Shown here one piece after another: positions 36,163-49,086 of a stretch of 64,000 bases of DNA. The translations under genes and the position numbers were made by a program. The stretch lies in contig NC_083288.1 of the NCBI RefSeq assembly GCF_963506605.1, positions 41,478,001 to 41,542,000 on the forward strand, written 5' to 3'. Numbering within the stretch: the stretch's first letter is position 1; every line of letters begins with the position of its first letter. This DNA comes from Zootoca vivipara (lineage: Eukaryota). The notes beneath the pieces are model-generated. The model was not told the DNA's origin and did no database searches. It saw only the letters and a list, made by a program, of their open reading frames with translations.

Positions 36163-36486
36163 CAGAGCCTAGGGCTTGCCGATCCGAAGGTCGGTGGTTC
36201 GAATCCCCACAATGGGGTGAGCTCCCGTTGTTCGGTCCCAGCTCCTGCCAACCTAGCACTTCAAAAGCACGTCAAAGTGGAAGTAGATAAATAGTTACTG
36301 CTCCAGCGGGAAGGTAAACGGCGTTTCCGTGTGCTGCTCTGGTTCGCCAGAAGCGGCTTAATCATGCTGGCCACATGACCTGGAAGCTAGACGCCAGTTC
36401 CCTCGGCCAATAAAGTGAGATGAGTGCCGCAATCCCAGAGTCGTCCGCGACTGGACCTAATGGTCAGGGGTCCCTTTACTTTTACC
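36163..36486 (+). mobile_element. Sauria SINE, slightly 5' truncated
   Basis: Homologous to 25095-25448. Confidence 0.88.
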
Positions 36487-37157
36487 TAACATGGTAGCAG
36501 CTGTATTGTGGTGGGTGATCTCATTGGAGGTAAAATACACTTCAGCCCTTGAACAGCTGTGCGGAGAATGGAGTGGTCCTAGAGTACAGATGTTGACTTT
36601 GTTATAAAAAACAAGCAGAGGGGTTGGAGAGTAACGCTGGAGGAACACTCATGTAGTCCACCACCTGCACTAATCCCACAATTACCACAGCCCAGCATGT
36701 AGACTTCTGAGTTTCACTACAGGCTTACATGATTGTGTGTGGCTTGCAAAACTGAGTACGTCTATGAGACTTAAAAAATACCTGCAGATATTTTGCATGT
36801 TACTGATGCTCAAGTTTTCTCCATCCTTTATGTTGTAATGCCCCCTAGTGTCTGCAAAAAGTTTTATTTTTAAAATGTGCCTCAATTATATAGGGAAAGC
36901 ATTTTAAACCCATGACACTAAGGTCCAAACTACACTTTTTAAAGCCTTTAAAAACAGCTGGGGAGGGGAGAAAATTTGAATTGGGCATATGATGGCTGGT
37001 GGAGGAGAGGTTTAACTCCCCCCCCGTACCATTTCACCCCTCTAAATACTAGCTTGCCTCCCCATGCAGAACAAAACTGGTGCATAGAGGATAAATTTAG
37101 CTGCTGCTTGTTGGAGATTCATTCCCCGTGCTGCAGTCATGGGATTGTTGTCTATCA

Positions 37158-37449
37158 CAGTGTTTCTCAACCTTTTTTGGGCCACGGCACACTTGTTCCG
37201 TGAAAAAAATCACGAGGCACACCACCATTAAAAAAGTTAAAGAATTTAACTCTGTGCTGCCCTATATTATAATTATGACTGTAAGAAACACTTGCCAAAT
37301 ATTGCTTTCCGGCGGGTCAGCGGTGTGTATTGGCGGCCGCCAGGCACGTGACAATGCAAATCGCCATTCTCGTCGCCGCACGTCGCGGCACACCAGCCAG
37401 CGTCTCGCGGCACACTAGTGTGCCACGGAACAGTGGTTGAGAAACGCTG
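37158..37449. mobile_element. hAT MITE
   Basis: TIR CAGTGTTTCTCAACC / GGTTGAGAAACGCTG; perfect 8-bp TSD GTCTATCA. Confidence 0.88.
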
Positions 37450-37847
37450 GTCTATCACATGACTGTGTATGTTTTGAATCCACAAAATGGGAAGTGACGA
37501 AGACAGGATGTTTGTGTTGCTGTGTGCTGTGAAGTGGGACTATTGTCCTTCTTTCTCTTTGCTGCCTGATGCTAGAGAGAGGGAGCTATGTTGCAGTGCT
37601 CCATGTGTGTTTATATGTAAACGTAGATTAGCCAAATGCTGTGCTACTGAGTTCTGTTACACAATTGCGCAAACTCTGTGTGTTCGTAAGTGTGTTTATG
37701 TCAGTTGGCATCAGTCGCTGTGATGTTTGGGCTGAAGAAAGCTTTTGAAGTTCCTGAACGATCGACCAGGAGGGAGAGAACATGCCATTCGGGCATGTGT
37801 CTCTGCCAGGATCCTACTCGAGTGTAAGAGATCCTAACACTTCTATC

Positions 37848-37985
37848 ACCTCAGACGATATAGAATGTGAGACTCTTGATCTCAGGCTCGTAGGTTCTAG
37901 CCCCACTTTGAGCAAAAGATTCCTGCGCTGCAGGGTGTTGGACTAGATGACCCCGTGGTCCCTTCCAGCTCTACAATTCTGAGAT
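37848..37985 (+). mobile_element. tRNA-derived SINE with CR1-like tail (Squam2-like)
   Basis: tRNA-like head GACTCTTGATCTCAGG...GGTTCTAGCCCC followed by CR1 3' motif TTGGACTAGATGACC...CCTTCCAGCTCTA. Confidence 0.6.
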
Positions 37986-38698
37986 CTGTGACCTGTACTC
38001 TGCTGGGAAAAGTGGCTAAATTTTCCCTCAATTTCAAAGAGTTCCTTTGAGCAGAACTCACCCCAAGACTCCCCTCCCTTCAACTGACGACAGAGCAAGG
38101 TGACTTTTCTGTGACCTCTTGAGTGGGAAAACTGCAACTACCTCTCGACTCCTCCATTAAAAGCACTCTTACTTTGGCACCACTAGAAGGAAATGTTGCA
38201 GTTACTGCACACAGACCATCTTTTAAATTGGCTCCCGCAGGGTAGCCCAACAAAGCTTGCCAGAAAAGTTCATATCCAGGCACCAGCTAATTAGGCCAAT
38301 ATGGTTTTCCCTCCTTCTGATCTAACTCTTACGGAAGATTCTGGATCTGAGTCCTCCTGAGGAAATGGCTGTCTAAACTGGGAATTGGAGCAATGTGTGC
38401 AGTCGCTGCTTCGATGAATGTGAGAGGAAAAGGGTAGATTCAAGCCAATACATTTGGTCCTTCTCCCTGTTACTTCTGGGATGAGTACAGAGTGTGATGG
38501 CCTGAGGGAAAAGATACCTCAGCCCTGCAGGGAACCTGAAATAAGTGCTTGGGAGAGATAGCGAATTTTTGCTGGCAATTTTTGTGGTCCTTTTTGCTTT
38601 CTTGAGGACAAAGTGCTCTACAACTCATCTCTTTATGTACATTAGGCCAGGACCTGCTCAAGCCTCTGAATGAGTTTAATGTAAAGAAAATAAGCTTT

Positions 38699-39281
38699 AT
38701 TATTATTATTATAATTTTTATTTTATCTTTCCATACATCATAAAACAACACAAACACAAATACCACAAAATAAACACAAGATTCAATACAACAATATTCT
38801 TGTCTATTATTGCATTCTTATTTCTTCCCTAAAATACAAAAGAAACAAAGAACCAAAAGTAAAAAGAAAAGAGAGAGAAAAGAAAAGAAAAGAAAAAGGA
38901 CAAAAGAAGGAAAAAGGGAAAAGAAAAAAAACTTACAAAAAAATCCATTATGACTTCCTGTCGATACCCAATGCATATGCTTTCCCTTTACATTGAATGT
39001 ACTCTAAATATTCACCTTTCTTATAACCATTTATCTAATACATTATAAGAACACTATACAGTATCTCCTTCATTTATAATTCAACTTTGTATTTTTTCCT
39101 TAATTACTCGAATGCTGGCATTGAAATATTATTGTTAGTATATTTTCGAACATAGTTCCTATAGCTGTCCCATTTCTGCTCAAATGTTTGTTTTGTATTT
39201 CCTCTAAGATTCCGCAAATTCTTGTAATTTGGTTTGCCAGTCTATAATGTTAGGAAGCTCCTGCTCCTTCTATCCTTTAGC
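38699..39281 (-). mobile_element. L1-like LINE 3' end
   Basis: 17-bp TSD TAAAGAAAATAAGCTTT (38682-38698, 39282-39298); (TAA)n tail on - strand. Confidence 0.7.
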
Positions 39282-39364
39282 TAAAGAAAATAAGCTTTTA
39301 TTGTACTAACCAAAGGCCATGACAAAACTGTACAAACACTTAACGAAAGAATGCACATGTAAAC

Positions 39365-39788
39365 TACCCAAACTCTCTAGAAATTTATTTATGTATGCGA
39401 CTACAGCGGCAGGAATGTTATTTGCCCAAAAATGGAAAGAAGAAGGTCCCAACAAAAGAAGAATGGATACAAAAACTTACGGAATACACAGAAATGGCGA
39501 AATTTACCAGAAAAATAAGAAATCAAACTTTTTAATAAAAGAATGGAAATGGTTTATGGAATATTTACAAACAAATTGTAAACAGATAAAAACATTGGCA
39601 GGATTATTGTAATAACCTGTAGTTTTATAAGAGGTAGATGAATAAATGAGCAAATTTGGATATGCAAAAAATATTAAAAATAAATTTAGGAATCGCAGAA
39701 AGGGGGAAGGAAGTCAAGTTTTAAAATGTTAAAACAATTGTAAAATTCTTGAAATGTATAAAACTGAAAATCAGAAATAAAATTTAAA
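39365..39788 (+). mobile_element. L1-like LINE 3' end
   Basis: ORF2 C-terminal remnant LFMYATTAAGMLFAQKWK; TSD AAAGAATGCA(C/T)ATGTAAAC. Confidence 0.75.
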
Positions 39789-40006
39789 AAAGAATGCATA
39801 TGTAAACAAAGCTTCTGCATAAGCCATCAGAACCGTATTTTGCAAGTGAGACTGCAAATGGGGTGCCTCCATGATTACATGCCATGCAATTCTATTTAGA
39901 CCTCTGAATCAACCTTACAATTTACTGAAATTTTATCCAATTCTTCCTGATTTTTCTTGCCACCAGCGTAAAGAGGGCCATGTTATGAGTCGCAGAGACG
40001 TTAGTC

Positions 40007-40142
40007 CAGGCTTCCTCAACCTTGGCCTTCCAGATGTTTTTGGCCTACAACTCCCATGATCCCTAGCTAGCAGGACTAGTGGTCAGGTATTATGGGAATT
40101 GTAGTCTCAAAACATCTGGAGGGCTGAGGTTGAGGAAGCCTG
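40007..40142. mobile_element. Palindromic hAT MITE
   Basis: CAGGCTTCCTCAACC ... GGTTGAGGAAGCCTG; TSD C(G/A)TTAGTC. Confidence 0.82.
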
Positions 40143-41763
40143 CATTAGTCGCTCAGCAGCTATTGGACTCTCCGCTGAGGAAAGACTGCTTTTTTGAACA
40201 AACGTGATTAGAAAGCATCTCCTAGGTTCTGCGGATAGGACAAGCTCCCCTCTCCTCTGGTCTCACAGAACCTGAAGAGGCATGAAGAGGGTGGAGCAGA
40301 GGCAGACAAAGCGAAGAAGTCTCAGGTTGCTTGGGAAGTGTGGGAATGTTAAGAATAGTAGGAAAGGATATACTGAATAATTATTGTCCTTCCTTCCTTC
40401 ACGCTAGTAAGTGATGTAGCAGAGCAGATTCCCCTCAATATAGCTAGAAGCTAGTTTGCAGATTCATTTGAATCTCTTAGTTAAGATTATTTCCTGGTGT
40501 CCCCTTTCATCCCTCTTAAAAGGACAAAGACACAAGAGCCTTTCTTAGTAAAGTAACAAAAAGTTTACTCACATTTCAGTTCACAATATGGTCGTTGAAA
40601 GGCAGGCTTTGCTTAGGGGTTACATAATAAGTGGAGAGTTCATCTCATAGTGAGACTGAACTCATGTGCTGCTGGCTGAGAGCAGCATGGCAGCAAAAGA
40701 ACAGCAAGACAATAGAAAGACAAAAACTAGACTGCTACTGAGAAAATGGCTGCATGACTCGGCAGAGGTGATCTCCCAGGTCACATGAAGGGGGAGGATG
40801 CTCCAGACCAGTGGAACAGGAAGTTACAATGACTGGATGTCCCCCTGCATGTGCCCACTCTAGGAAAATAAGGAATGTTGCATTTGACTGCACCAAGCAT
40901 TACATCCCTCAGGAAGGAACCGGAGAAGGTAGAGACTTGGGAAGGTGGGGACCTTCAGTCCTCACAACTGCCTCATTCAAGACCTACTGGGAATAGCTGC
41001 TGTGCTCACTTGGCCTGCACTGTTTTTGTTTCTTTGAATGAAGAGTTAGCTTCACAGACACCTTGTGAGTTATTGCTGACCTGCTCCCCAACTCCCACCC
41101 TGACATATGTAACTCAGGCTGTAGATAAACATTATATATGTGCTTTATTCACCGAGCCTCACATATTGTCTGAAGCCTCTCACACACCTATATTGCAAGC
41201 AAATCATGAATCAGCTTAAGATGAAATGATAAATAATACAGTACTGAACATTATTATGTATAGGATATGGCACTGAACAGATATCACCACAATATATGGC
41301 GGCTGAGTACACACCACACATTTAAATCACATTTAACACATGGGAGTTCCAGCAAAGAAACTATTGTTTGGGAACTGGGAGCTGTTAAGGGCGCTGGCAA
41401 CTGTAGCTCTGTAAGGAGTGAACTACAGTTCCCAGGATTCTTTGGGGGAAGCAATGCTCTACAAAGGTGTTTGTATGCAGCCACTATCTCAAATTCATCA
41501 CATTCAGCTAGGGATGGATGGTTTCTTGAGCATCTCATTTATCCAATATTAGGTTCTGATTGTCATGTTGCTTTGTCAGTTTGCAATTTTATTCTATTTT
41601 TTTAAGAAAAAATGTCATCATGAAAAGTCATTAGCATTTTGTGTGCATTGCTAGTAATGTACACCTTTGGCCATCTATTTCCCATTTTAAACATTTTATA
41701 ATAACATTTTGTAAGTTATTTTTACTTAGCATATGCATTTCATCAAGATTCATCAAGATAATA

Positions 41764-42100
41764 CAGTCATACCTCGGTTTAAGTACGCCTCGGTTTGAGT
41801 ACTTTCAGTTTAAGTACTCTGCGGACCTAACTGGAACGGATTAATTCACTTTCCATTACTTTCGATGGGAAAGTTCGCTTCAGGTTAAGTACGCTTCAGG
41901 TTAAGTACGGACTTCCGGAACCAATTACACTCATACCTCTGGTTAAGTATGCTTCAGATTGAGTACTCTGTGGACTCACCTGGAACAGATTAATCCACTT
42001 TCCATTACTTTCAATGGGAAAGTTTGCTTCAGGTTAAGTACGCTTCAGGTTAAGTACAGACTTCGGGAACCAATTGTGTTTGCAAACCAAGATACCACTG
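41764..42100. mobile_element. Tigger-like MITE with internal tandem duplication
   Basis: TA-CAGTCATACCTCGG ... GATACCACTG-TA; repeated CTTCAGGTTAAGTAC units. Confidence 0.82.
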
Positions 42101-42369
42101 TATATGCACGTTTATGGACATGTTTTTGGTTGGAGAGCTGAATTGCAAAATTCATGCGGATTTCAAAAGCTAGTTGTGTCTGGTTTCACATGATGTTATT
42201 TCAGGAAACAGGAATGAGGAAAGTTTGCCTTTAAATGCCAACTGAACCAGATTTTGCCCCTCTCTCCTGTTTCCAGCCAGCCAGCCAGCCAACCATGGTA
42301 GCTCCTACAGAGGGAAAGGCCCCGATCTCTTGGCCAAGGTCCAAATCAACCACCCGCGGATCAGGGCCC

Positions 42370-43377
42370 CTAATTTCCCTGGAACAGCGTCCTCCTTAAG
42401 GCGCCTTTCATCTCCTTGTTCCTCAGGCTGTAGATGACTGGGTTGAGCAAGGGGGTTAGCACAGAATAGAAGAGGGTCACCACCTTGTTGCTGCCCCCTG
42501 AAGCTTCGGGAGCCACATAGGTGACCATGATGGAACCATAGAAAAGGCCCACCACCGCCAAGTGGGAGGTGCAAGTAGAGAAGGCCTTCTGCCTCGAGGC
42601 GGCGGAAGGCAGCCGCATCACTGCCTTGAGGACCGCTGCGTAGGAGCACAGGATGAAGAGGAAGGGTCCAAAGATGGCAATCGAGCTGAGGCTGTAGAAG
42701 GCCATCTCTGTGGCGGGGGCTGGCACACAGGAGGAAGCCAGCAGTGGGCCCGGGTCGCAGATGAAATGATCGAGGGTGTTTGGGCCGCAGAAATGGAGCT
42801 TGGAAATCAGCACGATGGGTGCCAGGAACCACAGGAAACCGGACGCCCAGCAGGAAGCTGATAGGGAGCAGCAAAACCGGGGGGACATGAGCATCGGGTA
42901 ACGCAGCGGGTGGCAGATGGCCAGGTAGCGATCCAGTGCCATGGCTGCAAGGAGGAAGCTCTCGGTGGTTCCCATAGAGAAGAAAAAGTAGAACTGGAGG
43001 AAGCATCCGTTGAAGGAGATGATGGCCGGCAGCGGGGAGGACAGATCCCACAGCATCCGAGGCGCCGTGGTGGTTACGTAGCACATCTCCAAGCTGGAGA
43101 AGTTCCCCAGGAGGATGTACATGGGCAAGCGGGTGAGGCGAGAGTCCCGGAGGACGGCCCACACGATGCACAGGTTCCCCACCAAGGTGAAGGTATAGCA
43201 AATGGACAGCAAAGAGCAAAGGAGCAGGCGGGAGGCAGGCGAGAGGGATGGGAAGCCCATGAGGACAAACCCCGCTATCAAGCTGGTGTCGTTGGCTTGG
43301 TCCAAGGGGTGCTGTCCCTGTTGGCACGGGGGGGGGGAATGGTTAGGGAAGGTTTTTAGCCTGGTCAAATGATACAC
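42370..43377 (-). CDS. Olfactory receptor, family 11-like, intact ORF (start codon uncertain)
   Basis: PMYILLGNFS, MALDRYLAICHPLRY, HFICD, KAFSTCTSHL, PLLNPVIYSLRN; OR11 genes neighbour TTC5 in mammals. Confidence 0.92.
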   Translation of the reverse strand: MYHLTRLKTFPNHSPPPCQQGQHPLDQANDTSLIAGFVLMGFPSLSPASRLLLCSLLSICYTFTLVGNLCIVWAVLRDSRLTRLPMYILLGNFSSLEMCYVTTTAPRMLWDLSSPLPAIISFNGCFLQFYFFFSMGTTESFLLAAMALDRYLAICHPLRYPMLMSPRFCCSLSASCWASGFLWFLAPIVLISKLHFCGPNTLDHFICDPGPLLASSCVPAPATEMAFYSLSSIAIFGPFLFILCSYAAVLKAVMRLPSAASRQKAFSTCTSHLAVVGLFYGSIMVTYVAPEASGGSNKVVTLFYSVLTPLLNPVIYSLRNKEMKGALRRTLFQGN

Positions 43378-43685
43378 ACACTGACCTCACAGTCCTCTTC
43401 TGCTTCCCCCCTCCCTGCCAATTTCTGGATGTGTGTAGGCAAGATTATTTGGTTAGGGTTAAAAAAAGCTGGCAGCTGTTCAAACAGAACAAAAACGAAA
43501 CAGGATTTGTCTAGATAGATGTTGTGACGATAGGACTGAGAATTGGTAGGGTTAGCAATTTGAAGGGCAGGGGGAAGAAAGAGGTGGAGAATATGCATTA
43601 TAATTATATATTCATTTTCTTATCGTTCACTTCTTTTCTCTCTAATTAATGTTGTACGTTGTCTATTATATATTTGTAGCAATGA

Positions 43686-43730
<45 letters not shown>
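43686..43730. repeat. (TAT)n microsatellite
   Basis: Direct read. Confidence 0.95.
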
Positions 43731-44858
43731 CTGTGCTTTTTTCTGGAAAAAAGTAGGGGAACTCACCACAAAGTTTGTTTGTTTGTTTATTGCAGTGGCT
43801 AAATGTAAGATGTGATTAATAAACTCAAGCCGTCAATGATCTGGATGAAAAATGGCCACAACTTTATTGATTACTGATAGAGATGGATTTTTGACTCAGG
43901 CATTGGGTGTATATCTGTTCCAGTGCCCCCAGACCAATTTTTAAAAAATTAATTTAAAAAGTGTAAGGGAACTCAGTTTCCCCGAGTTCCTGCTCAACCC
44001 TCATCATCATCATCATCATCTTACCATTATAGTTAGTTGATTATCCCTTATTTTAACATTTTATATGTACTAATTATATAGAGACATTATAGTAAAGTGC
44101 TTTGATTTTAAAAAATGATATAGCATATAATATAATTTTTTAAAAATTAAATAACATTAAAATTAAATAAATTAAATAATAGTAAAAAGCAGAAAATGTT
44201 CGAACTTGTATGGAAGGTGGGAACCAACTTGAACACTCTTTTTAAAGTTTTCATTCATAATAACATTTTATTGCCACATTTTAGCTCTAAAAGGGCCCCC
44301 GAAAGTGACTTAAAATGAACTAATTATGAGAAGAATTAAAGTCTCAATTGCTATTACACAAATCTGAGATTGCTTCTGTTGCTGTTGCGGTTTTAAACTT
44401 GCATGGTGATATTTGTACAGGTCAGTTTGTTTAATTAGTTTATTGAATCACTTCCTACAATAGAATGCACTAAAGTGATTTTCAAGAATAGATTGCAACA
44501 ATAAAATACAGCAATATAGTAAAGAACAACATAAACATATTAAAAGGATAAAAGGATAAAAGTATTTTTAAAAATTACTTATGGAATCTGAGGCAAAAGA
44601 AACATAGGCAAAGCTGGCATTAGATGTCAGGTGAATGCTGACTTAAAAAAAACAAAAAAACAACAACCCACCCTACTTACTTTTCAAGAAAACAGAATTC
44701 CCTATTTGTCTGATTATTATTATTATAATTATAATTTATGTTTGACTGTGTTTTTCTCTTACACACAAACACTCTCACACACATACACACAGAGCATTTT
44801 CAACTTTTCCAGAAATTTTACTTCTTTCTTTGAGAACATGCTATTTGGTTACTAATAA

Positions 44859-44860
<2 letters not shown>

Positions 44861-44918
<58 letters not shown>
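44861..44918. repeat. (TAT)n microsatellite
   Basis: Direct read. Confidence 0.95.
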
Positions 44919-45472
44919 GTGACCCCCCCCCCCGTTCCGTTTATTCTCAGAACAACCATGTGAGGGAGTTTGAGGCAGTGACTGGCCCAGAGTCACTTAG
45001 CAGGGTTTGTGAGTAAGCAGAGATTTCAAGCTGGGGTCCACACATTCCAAGCACACTTATTCCACTTTGACAATCATGGCTTCCCCCAAAGAATCCTGGG
45101 AACAGTAGTTTATTAAAGATGCCCAAAGCTGGTAGGAGCTGTCACAGAACTACATTTCCCAGCACCCTTAGCAAATTACAGTTCCCGGGATTGTTTGGGG
45201 GGAAGTAATGAGTGTTAAAGCGGTAGAAGTACTTTAAATTTATGGCGCAGATGTGGGCTGGGTCTCCCCAATCTAACACCAACAGTCTGACATCCAAGGT
45301 GCTCCCTGGCTCTCACATCCCACTTCCCAATCCATGATATGCAATCAGATCTTTTGAGATAAGATTTTGGGGCCATTCTGTTAAAGACAACCCCAAACAC
45401 ATTTCCTGCCTCGATCAAATGCTTCAGGGAGGAACCATAGCTGACTGATAGAGAACATGGTTCACTCACAGA

Positions 45473-45993
45473 CGGGGTCGGTGCTAGGGTTTTTTGCGCC
45501 CTAGGCGAGATTACCTTCTGGCGCCCCCCCGGGCGTCTGCCTCCTCCCTGTGGGCCTGGCCCAGCCTTCACCCCCTTCCCTTCCCAGCGCCCCTCCCGCT
45601 TACCTGCGATGTTGACGGGTGGGTTGCTCTGGCTGCCCTCGGGCTTCAGCCACAGACCCCCGGGCGCAACAGCAGCTGCTCCTGCCTGCCCGAGAAGTAG
45701 AGCGTGGCGATGGTGCCTGGAGCCGAAGGCCCGGCTCTGGCGTGTGCATGCCGCGGGAAGGGGCTGCTCTCGCCCCACGTGCCCTCCACACGCTGCTGCC
45801 CTCAGCGCTCCAGGCTGCACCGGGGTTGCTGCTGCCGCCCGCCCTGGACGCGGGTAGGTGGCGTCGGGGTGCAGCAGGCGCACAGCAGAGCGAGTCCTGC
45901 GAAGCCAGCAGTGCTCCCCATCGTGCCAGCGCCCCCTCCATTTTGGTGCCCTAGGCAACTGCCTAGTTTGCCTTAATGGAAGCGCTGGCCCTG
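45473..45993. mobile_element. GC-rich hAT non-autonomous element
   Basis: Ends CGGGGTCGGTGCT ... AGCGCTGGCCCTG, subterminal GCCCTAGGC, TSD CTC(A/G)CAGA. Confidence 0.78.
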
Positions 45994-48667
45994 CTCGCAG
46001 AAAGAACTAGCTCCCCTTCCTGATATCTCTAGTTAAAAGGATCTGGTGCAGGTGCTAGGAAGGATCTCTGACCGGACCCTGCAGAACTGCTGTCAATCAG
46101 AGTCAGCAATTTTTGGCTAAATGGGCAATATGGTCTAATCTGGATTAAAGCAGCTCCCTGTGCCTTTGTACACAGAGGACACACACAAAAAGGCTATTTC
46201 ATGTACAATGAAGATTTATCTTGTCATCTTATCTTATGTGGTATCCGGTTTGACTGCTATTGCCAGATTACTTCTTTGTATTTACAAATAAGACTGAAAA
46301 GCAATACTCAGCTGAGGACAAGGAAGAAATATTTAACAAAATTCCTTACCGCATGTTTGGGCAGATTCAAGGACGACATCTGTCATGTTAATTTGTTAAA
46401 TTCAGATCTAAAGCATGGGAAAACTAAAAGTGAAGGGGAAAGTAGCAATCAATTGAATTACACACATACACAATTGCATATGATTATAGCAAGAAACGCA
46501 CAATGCATTAATTCGTATTTTACTGTTGTCAAACATGCACTGAGCTTTTGGTCTAGGCAAACCTTCTCAAGTTTACAACTTCAGTAAGTGGTCTGAAGAT
46601 ACATGCGGATACCACCTTGCTAAAGCTAAGCAAGTTTCAGTTGGGTGTGTTCCTGGATGGGACCTAAGAAACCAGGGTTCAGACCCCTATTTGGCCATTA
46701 AGCTTCTTGGGTGACCTTCAGTTGGTCACCAGCTCTCAGCCTGAGATACCTCACAGGGTTGTTGTGAGAGTAACATGGAGAGAGGGAGAATTATGTGAGC
46801 TCCTTGGAGCAAAGTGACAAATAAATGCAATAAATGAAATACTACTACTACGACGACGACGACGACGACTACTACTACTACAAAAAATGATGGAACCCAA
46901 GCTGTGATTCCTCCATTAGAAGTAATTCCTGCATAGCAGGGGGTTGGACTAGATGACCCTTTGTGTCCCTTCCAGCTCTACAGTTCTATGGCTACAAATA
47001 GGGCATGAAAATAAACAGGCTTTAGATATGCATCATTGGAGTTTTCTATCCCTCTCCTTCTCCCCTGTCTTCAGAATTTCAGGCAATGCTCAGGTACAGG
47101 CACAACCAATTATTCTGTTTACAGTTCTGGCAGAAGAAAAGTGGGATGATCTTCTAGATTAGAGAAGTGGAATTACTCCAGAGTCCATCAGGAGTCCATC
47201 GTTTTATGTTGCTTCTATGAAGGACAGTAGGGTGCAGTGGTCAGAATAGGGAAGACTCTCCCTTCCCCCTCCACCTCGTTCTGCAGAATAGCTGCCTACT
47301 TTGGCTGAGGGCTTTGGACAGAGGGAGAGGGGAAACAAGCAAACATACCTTACCTCTCCTGAAACCTTCTCTGCTAGCATGACCCCGTCTTTAGTTCCAA
47401 AGGACTGACCGGTGAAAGGAGGCTGTTATGTCAGCTCCTCAGGCCAGAGCCTCGGGGGACTCTTATCTCCAGAGGGTGATGGAGAAGCAAAGATCTGGAT
47501 AGTCGCTTTAGCAGACCTGTGCTAAGATTCTGCAGGTGAGCCGAGGAAGGAAGATCATTATATGCTTGCTGGAGAGAAACCAGGAAGGATTTCTTCAGGT
47601 CTGGAACACTTACCAGATGACATTTGGTATTGCTGCTGTAATGGCTTTTTTGCAGTAGGCATGGCATGGCTTCTCTTTGACTGTTTAAAAATGTAAAAAT
47701 AAAAACCAAACAATGGGATATTATTATTATTATCCCCATCAAAGGTGGCTGTGGAGTATGCTATGTTCCCATGTCTTTTATTGAGTGGCTTATAGTGGTT
47801 TTTCTTATCAGTAGTATTTATATTGGCCACCCAATGACAGGTGGGTGGGACAACTCACCGGTCAATCACATGGCACCATCATGATAGCACAAGATTGATA
47901 TGTGGGCTGTTCTGCCCACCTGTCAAATTTCTTTGCACTGGTTGTTGGGCACTTGGGAACCATAATACAAAGTGTATTACCAGTGCTGTGTGTGGTATTT
48001 TGGGAAACGTCAAGCCTAGGGCTGGCAAAACACTTCTTTCTCCTGCCCATCACCTGGTTCTAGACATCTGCTGTGCAAAAGAGTTCTCCCTCGCACAGTC
48101 AATGCCTGCCAAAACGCAGGTTTCTTTCTCCCTCCGCCATCAGCTGATGGGAGACAGAAAAAAGTCTGCCTTTTACTGGCATCCTAAAAACAATTGCAGC
48201 ACAAACATTTCAGACAATAAGGCAGGGGAGGCCAATTTCTTAGAGTAAATATTGTTGTGCATCACCCCATTCTCTGAGCGGTGTGAGATTCCAAGGATTC
48301 CAGGCACTTACCCAGGGTTCGTGTTTCCTTTTGGAAATGAGGCACAGCAGAGACTGTGGTGTCTTTATGATATATGGTTTATTTACACATATAGACCATC
48401 TGATCCTACAATGGAGGGGTTTACAGTACTAACACCCCAAGTCGGCCTTACTTCTCCCAGAGCCACAGCCTTGGATTCCAGCAAAAATCAGACTGTCTCC
48501 CCGGCTTGCTGCTTTTCATCTAGCTCATATCACTGCAAGTCTCAACTCCCAGCTCTGACTTCATTCTTCTAACTAAAGTGGTACCTCGGTTTAAGTACCC
48601 AATTGGTTCTGGAAGTCTGTACTTAACCTGAAGCGTACTTAACCTGAAGCGAACTTTCCCATTGAAA

Positions 48668-48858
48668 CAACATAAAAAAATTCCTTCAGTAGCACCTTAA
48701 AGACCAACTAAGTTTTTATTTTGGTATGAGCTTTCGTGTGCATGCACACTTCTTCACGAAAGCTCATACCAAAATAAAAACTTAGTTGGTCTTTAAGGTG
48801 CTACTGAAGGAATTTTTTTATTTTGCTTCGACTCAGACCAACACGGCTACCTACCTGT
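48668..48858. mobile_element. Penelope-like inverted pLTR pair (fold-back insertion)
   Basis: ~65-bp near-perfect inverted repeat; flanking duplication AACTTTCCCATTGAAA (48652-48667, 48859-48874). Confidence 0.72.
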
Positions 48859-48997
48859 AACTTTCCCATTGAAAGTAATGGAAAGTGGATTAATCCATTC
48901 CAGACGGTCCGTGGAGTACTTAAACTGAAGCGAACTTAACCTGAAGCAAACTTTCCCATTGAAAGTAATGGAAAGTGGATTAATCTGTTCCAGGTGG

Positions 48998-49086
48998 CAT
49001 AGCTGCCAAGTTTTCCCTTTTCTCGCGAGGAAGCCTATTCAGCATAAGGGAAAATCCCTTAAAAAAGGGATAACTTGGCAGCTATG
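48998..49086 (+). mobile_element. 90-bp MITE, copy 4
   Basis: TIR CATAGCTGCCAAGTT; 8-bp TSD CCAGGTGG. Confidence 0.87.

Noticed and set aside
37470-40880. Possible solo LTRs at ~37470-37839 and ~40470-40880
   Set aside because: LTR-like composition only; no convincing TSD, PBS or partner LTR.
42305-43327. 340-aa alternative-frame ORF overlapping the first OR
   Set aside because: Shadow frame of a GC-rich coding sequence; no independent evidence.
45215-45976. 247-aa and overlapping GC-rich ORFs; apparent CpG island
   Set aside because: Fall within a TSD-bounded hAT non-autonomous element.
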